The translations under genes and the position numbers were made by a program. This document shows positions 61,372 to 64,000 of a stretch of 64,000 bases of DNA, in pieces. Origin of the DNA: Chloroflexi bacterium UBA6622 (GTDB lineage Bacteria; Chloroflexota; UBA11872); assembly GCA_002433065.1 (NCBI GenBank), contig DJHK01000005.1, positions 723-64,722 on the forward strand, written 5' to 3'. Every line of letters starts with the position of its first letter. The stretch's first letter is position 1. Under the pieces are notes generated by a model. That model saw only the letters and a list, made by a program, of their open reading frames with translations, ran no database searches and was not told where the DNA came from.

Positions 61372-62882
61372 ATGAGCAATTGATCCCAGGGGTTTCCGGT
61401 TCTGCTTCTGCGCATACCCTGGTTATTTTTGGTGGGTCTGGAGATTTGGCTGCAAGGAAGCTGCTGCCTGCTCTCTACAACCTGCGTCAAAACAATCTCT
61501 TGCCCGAACCTCTTGCGGTCGTTGGTCTGGGGCGACGTGAGCTGGATGACCAGAGCTATCGTGATCGACTGCGGTCGGCGACCCAAGAATTTTCACGTAC
61601 TGGTTCTCCAGATGAGGATAGTTGGACATCCTTTGAGCGGGGCCTGTATTTCGTTCGAGGTGATTTTGGCGTTCTTTCAGGATTCGAGTATTTGAAGGAA
61701 CGGTTGCGAACTATTGAGAAGGAACATGCGACGGGAGGCAATCGAATTTTTTACCTGGCGACGCAGCCCAGCTTGTTTCCAGAAATTATTCGTCTGCTCG
61801 GAGAGTCTGGTTTAAGCAAGAGTTCTGGTGCGACGCGGATTGTCATCGAGAAGCCTTTCGGTCGTGATCTCGCCACAGCCCATGCCCTCAATGAGATTTC
61901 AAATGGTGTCTTCGATGAATCGCAGATCTATAGGATCGATCACTATCTTGGCAAAGAGACGGTGCAGAACGTACTGGTCATGCGTTTTGCCAACGTGATG
62001 TTTGAGCCGGTGTGGAATCGGCAGTACGTTGCTTCGGTTCAGATTACGGTGTCCGAGGCCGACGGTTTGGAGGGCCGAGGTACGTATTACGAGGAGGCCG
62101 GTGCACTTCGTGATGTTGTACAGAATCACATCATGCAGTTGCTTGCTGTTGTGGCGATGGAGCCCCCGGTAAATTTCCAGGCAGATTCCATTCGTGATGA
62201 AAAAGTCAAGGTGCTACGTGCGCTACGGAAAATGAAGGCGGCCGATGTCAGGAGCCATGTGGTGCGCGCATCGTATGGCGAAGGGGTTGTTGGCGGGCGG
62301 GAAGTTCCTGCATATCGGGACGAGGAGGGAGTGGCATCGGGCTCCCAAACTGAAACGTACGTGGCTGCGCGTCTTTTTATAGACAACTGGCGCTGGAAAG
62401 GTGTCCCGTTTTACCTGCGGAGTGGGAAGCGCTTGGCAAAGAGAGCGACAGAAATAGCCATACAATTTAAAGAAGTTCCGCACTTGCTGTTCGGTCTTTC
62501 AAACCCTGATGGTGTGCCTCCAAACGTCCTGTCTATTCGCATACAGCCGGATGAGGGGATTTCAATTACGTTTGAGGCTAAGGAGCCTGGACCGGCCATG
62601 CGTGTGCGGCCCGTAAACATGGATTTTGGTTACGGAGAAAGCTTTTCACGGGTTTCGTCGGATGCCTATGAAAGGCTCCTTTTGGATGTGCTGCTTGGCG
62701 ATCAAACGTTGTTTATCCGGCGTGATGAAACGGAGGCTGCGTGGGACGCTGTCATGCCGATCCTTGATAGTTGGGGGGCGGAAGCGGATTCTCCTCTGGA
62801 AACCTATGTGGCCGGGTCGTGGGGTCCACGGTCGGCGGGGGATCTTCTACGCGAAGATGGCTTCCGTTGGCGTCGTTTCTAA
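61368..62882 (+). CDS. zwf: Glucose-6-phosphate 1-dehydrogenase
   Basis: 504 aa. 'LVIFGGSGDLAARKLLPAL', 'IEKPFGRDL', 'RIDHYLGKE' and 'RDVVQNH'. ATGA overlap with pgi. Confidence 0.93.
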   Translation: MNEQLIPGVSGSASAHTLVIFGGSGDLAARKLLPALYNLRQNNLLPEPLAVVGLGRRELDDQSYRDRLRSATQEFSRTGSPDEDSWTSFERGLYFVRGDFGVLSGFEYLKERLRTIEKEHATGGNRIFYLATQPSLFPEIIRLLGESGLSKSSGATRIVIEKPFGRDLATAHALNEISNGVFDESQIYRIDHYLGKETVQNVLVMRFANVMFEPVWNRQYVASVQITVSEADGLEGRGTYYEEAGALRDVVQNHIMQLLAVVAMEPPVNFQADSIRDEKVKVLRALRKMKAADVRSHVVRASYGEGVVGGREVPAYRDEEGVASGSQTETYVAARLFIDNWRWKGVPFYLRSGKRLAKRATEIAIQFKEVPHLLFGLSNPDGVPPNVLSIRIQPDEGISITFEAKEPGPAMRVRPVNMDFGYGESFSRVSSDAYERLLLDVLLGDQTLFIRRDETEAAWDAVMPILDSWGAEADSPLETYVAGSWGPRSAGDLLREDGFRWRRF

Positions 62883-63024
62883 ATGGTGCCGAGGAGAATT
62901 CAGGCGTGTTTTTAGGTTGATGCTAGCCTGATCTGGTTTGTCAGCTGTCCAGCCGCGCTCCCTACGAGTCGTACATGAGTTGCAGCCGTGGCCTATGCAA
63001 GATCTCTGGAAGGAGACTATGCGT

Positions 63025-64000
63025 TCAGCCGGTATTGCGCAGGCCGGCGGCTACACCGTTGATCGTGAGAAGAAGGGCTCGTTGGATGCTCTCCCGGTCC
63101 TGAAGGTTTGTGCTGGGATCGCGGCCTCGTGCTAGCAGGTCAACCTGGAGGACGCTGATCGGGTCGAGGTAAGCGTCGCGTACGTCGAGCGTTCGTCGTA
63201 GGAGTGGCAGGTCGGCGAGGGGTGCGGCTCCGGTGATTCGGGTCACCTCAGCAATAGTGAGTTCGTGTTCAGTGGCGATGTCGTCGAGGATGTGGTGCAG
63301 CGTCGGGTTCACCAGGTTAGTGACGTAGTGGCGGGCGATGGCGAGATCCGTCGTGGCGAGTGTCATTTCGACGTTGGAAAGGAACGATCGGAAGAACTGC
63401 CAGTCTCGGTGCATGTCGTGAAGGTCAGCATCGTGGCCGGCCAGCCTCGCCGCCTCCAGAGCAGTGCCGACACCAAACCAGCCGGGGATGATCTGGCGGG
63501 ACTGAGTCCAACCGAACACCCACGGGATGGCTCGGAGGTCGCTAAGTGATGGGTTTCCGCTTCGGCGCGATGGTCGAGATCCAATGTTCATAGCACCTAG
63601 TTCTTCCACGGGAGTCGCGGAGTTGAAGTAGTCGACGAGTCCGTCTTGTTCGACGAAAGCGCGGTAGCGACTGAACGCGGCGGTAGACATTGTTTCCATA
63701 ACCGTATACCACCTCGCCGTCGTTTCCGGCTGGTTGCGCGGTCTGCGGTGTGAGAGTGCTGCTTCGACGACGGCGGAGAACTCGAGGTCGAGGTTGCGGT
63801 TGGCCAAGTCGGGCAGGCTGTACTTGTCGGCGATGACCTCTCCTTGTTCGGTCGTCTTCATCACCGTGCGTATTGCGCCTGGTGGTTGAGAGAGGATGGC
63901 GACGTGAGCGGGTCCACCGCCTCGGCCGACGGTCCCACCCCGCCCGTGAAACACTGTGATCTCTATGCCGGTTTCGTCAGAGACCTGCGAGATGGTCCGT
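63025..64000 (-). CDS. ppc: Phosphoenolpyruvate carboxylase, C-terminal part (gene continues beyond the right edge)
   Basis: '[14 protein letters not shown]' and the C-terminal 'GLRNTG'. The frame stays open upstream to position 64000 ('..[14 protein letters not shown]'). Confidence 0.9.
   Translation of the reverse strand, partial: RTISQVSDETGIEITVFHGRGGTVGRGGGPAHVAILSQPPGAIRTVMKTTEQGEVIADKYSLPDLANRNLDLEFSAVVEAALSHRRPRNQPETTARWYTVMETMSTAAFSRYRAFVEQDGLVDYFNSATPVEELGAMNIGSRPSRRSGNPSLSDLRAIPWVFGWTQSRQIIPGWFGVGTALEAARLAGHDADLHDMHRDWQFFRSFLSNVEMTLATTDLAIARHYVTNLVNPTLHHILDDIATEHELTIAEVTRITGAAPLADLPLLRRTLDVRDAYLDPISVLQVDLLARGRDPSTNLQDRESIQRALLLTINGVAAGLRNTG

Noticed and set aside
1-64000. A search for CRISPR arrays, IS elements/transposases, integrases, phage genes, rRNA and long dispersed repeats.
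   Set aside because: None found. There are no regularly spaced direct repeats, no transposase or integrase-like ORFs and no rRNA-like segments. The tRNA genes are not flanked by integrase genes or direct repeats.

Overview
The window is a gene-dense bacterial chromosomal segment of moderate GC (judged by eye). I call about 58 protein-coding genes and 2 tRNAs. I found no rRNA, CRISPR array, transposase, integrase or prophage signature. Many genes overlap by 1-8 nt (ATGA/GTGA junctions), so most are in tightly coupled operons.

Content from left to right:
- A small catabolic/redox group: YkgJ-like fragment, RraA-like aldolase, ArsC/Spx-family gene, MDR dehydrogenase, PhyH dioxygenase.
- mpg, followed by divergent stand-alone tRNA-Ala(UGC) and tRNA-Ile(GAU).
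- pcrA, a HAD phosphatase and an ATP-dependent DNA ligase.
- Two SDRs, then gatCAB-gdh.
- mobA, trxA, dnaG and ppdK.
- An MFS / ADP-ribosylglycohydrolase / PfkB kinase triad.
- A large cell-envelope glycan locus (about 26.4-42.5 kb). It holds GT26, GT9, O-antigen-ligase-like, flippase-like, three GT4, PlsY-like, Gfo/Idh/MocA-NIL fusion and two GT87/DUF2029 genes, interrupted by folK-folC.
- Sugar uptake and kinase genes (two MFS, ROK) and two family-5 solute-binding proteins.
- NUDIX, dcd and glpK.
- A pentose-phosphate/glycolysis block (FGGY kinase, rpiB, pgi, zwf).
- The 3' part of ppc, running off the right edge.

Most interesting observations:
1. The ArsC/Spx-family gene at 1101-1460 (-) has an in-frame TGA exactly where the family has the first Cys of its CxxC redox motif. 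A hairpin follows the TGA. This makes it a candidate UxxC selenoprotein that a standard ORF caller truncates.
2. Three genes (MFS, GT4, FGGY kinase) have family-typical N-terminal sequence upstream of their first ATG/GTG/TTG, and no canonical start occurs in frame. Each has a CTG or ATA codon preceded by a Shine-Dalgarno-like motif, which suggests near-cognate initiation.
3. The composite glycan-assembly locus contains unusual members: a degenerate PlsY paralog and an oxidoreductase-NIL fusion.

I did not recognise an obvious defence system or mobile element. Everything here comes from reading the sequence and from remembered family motifs. No database search was run.
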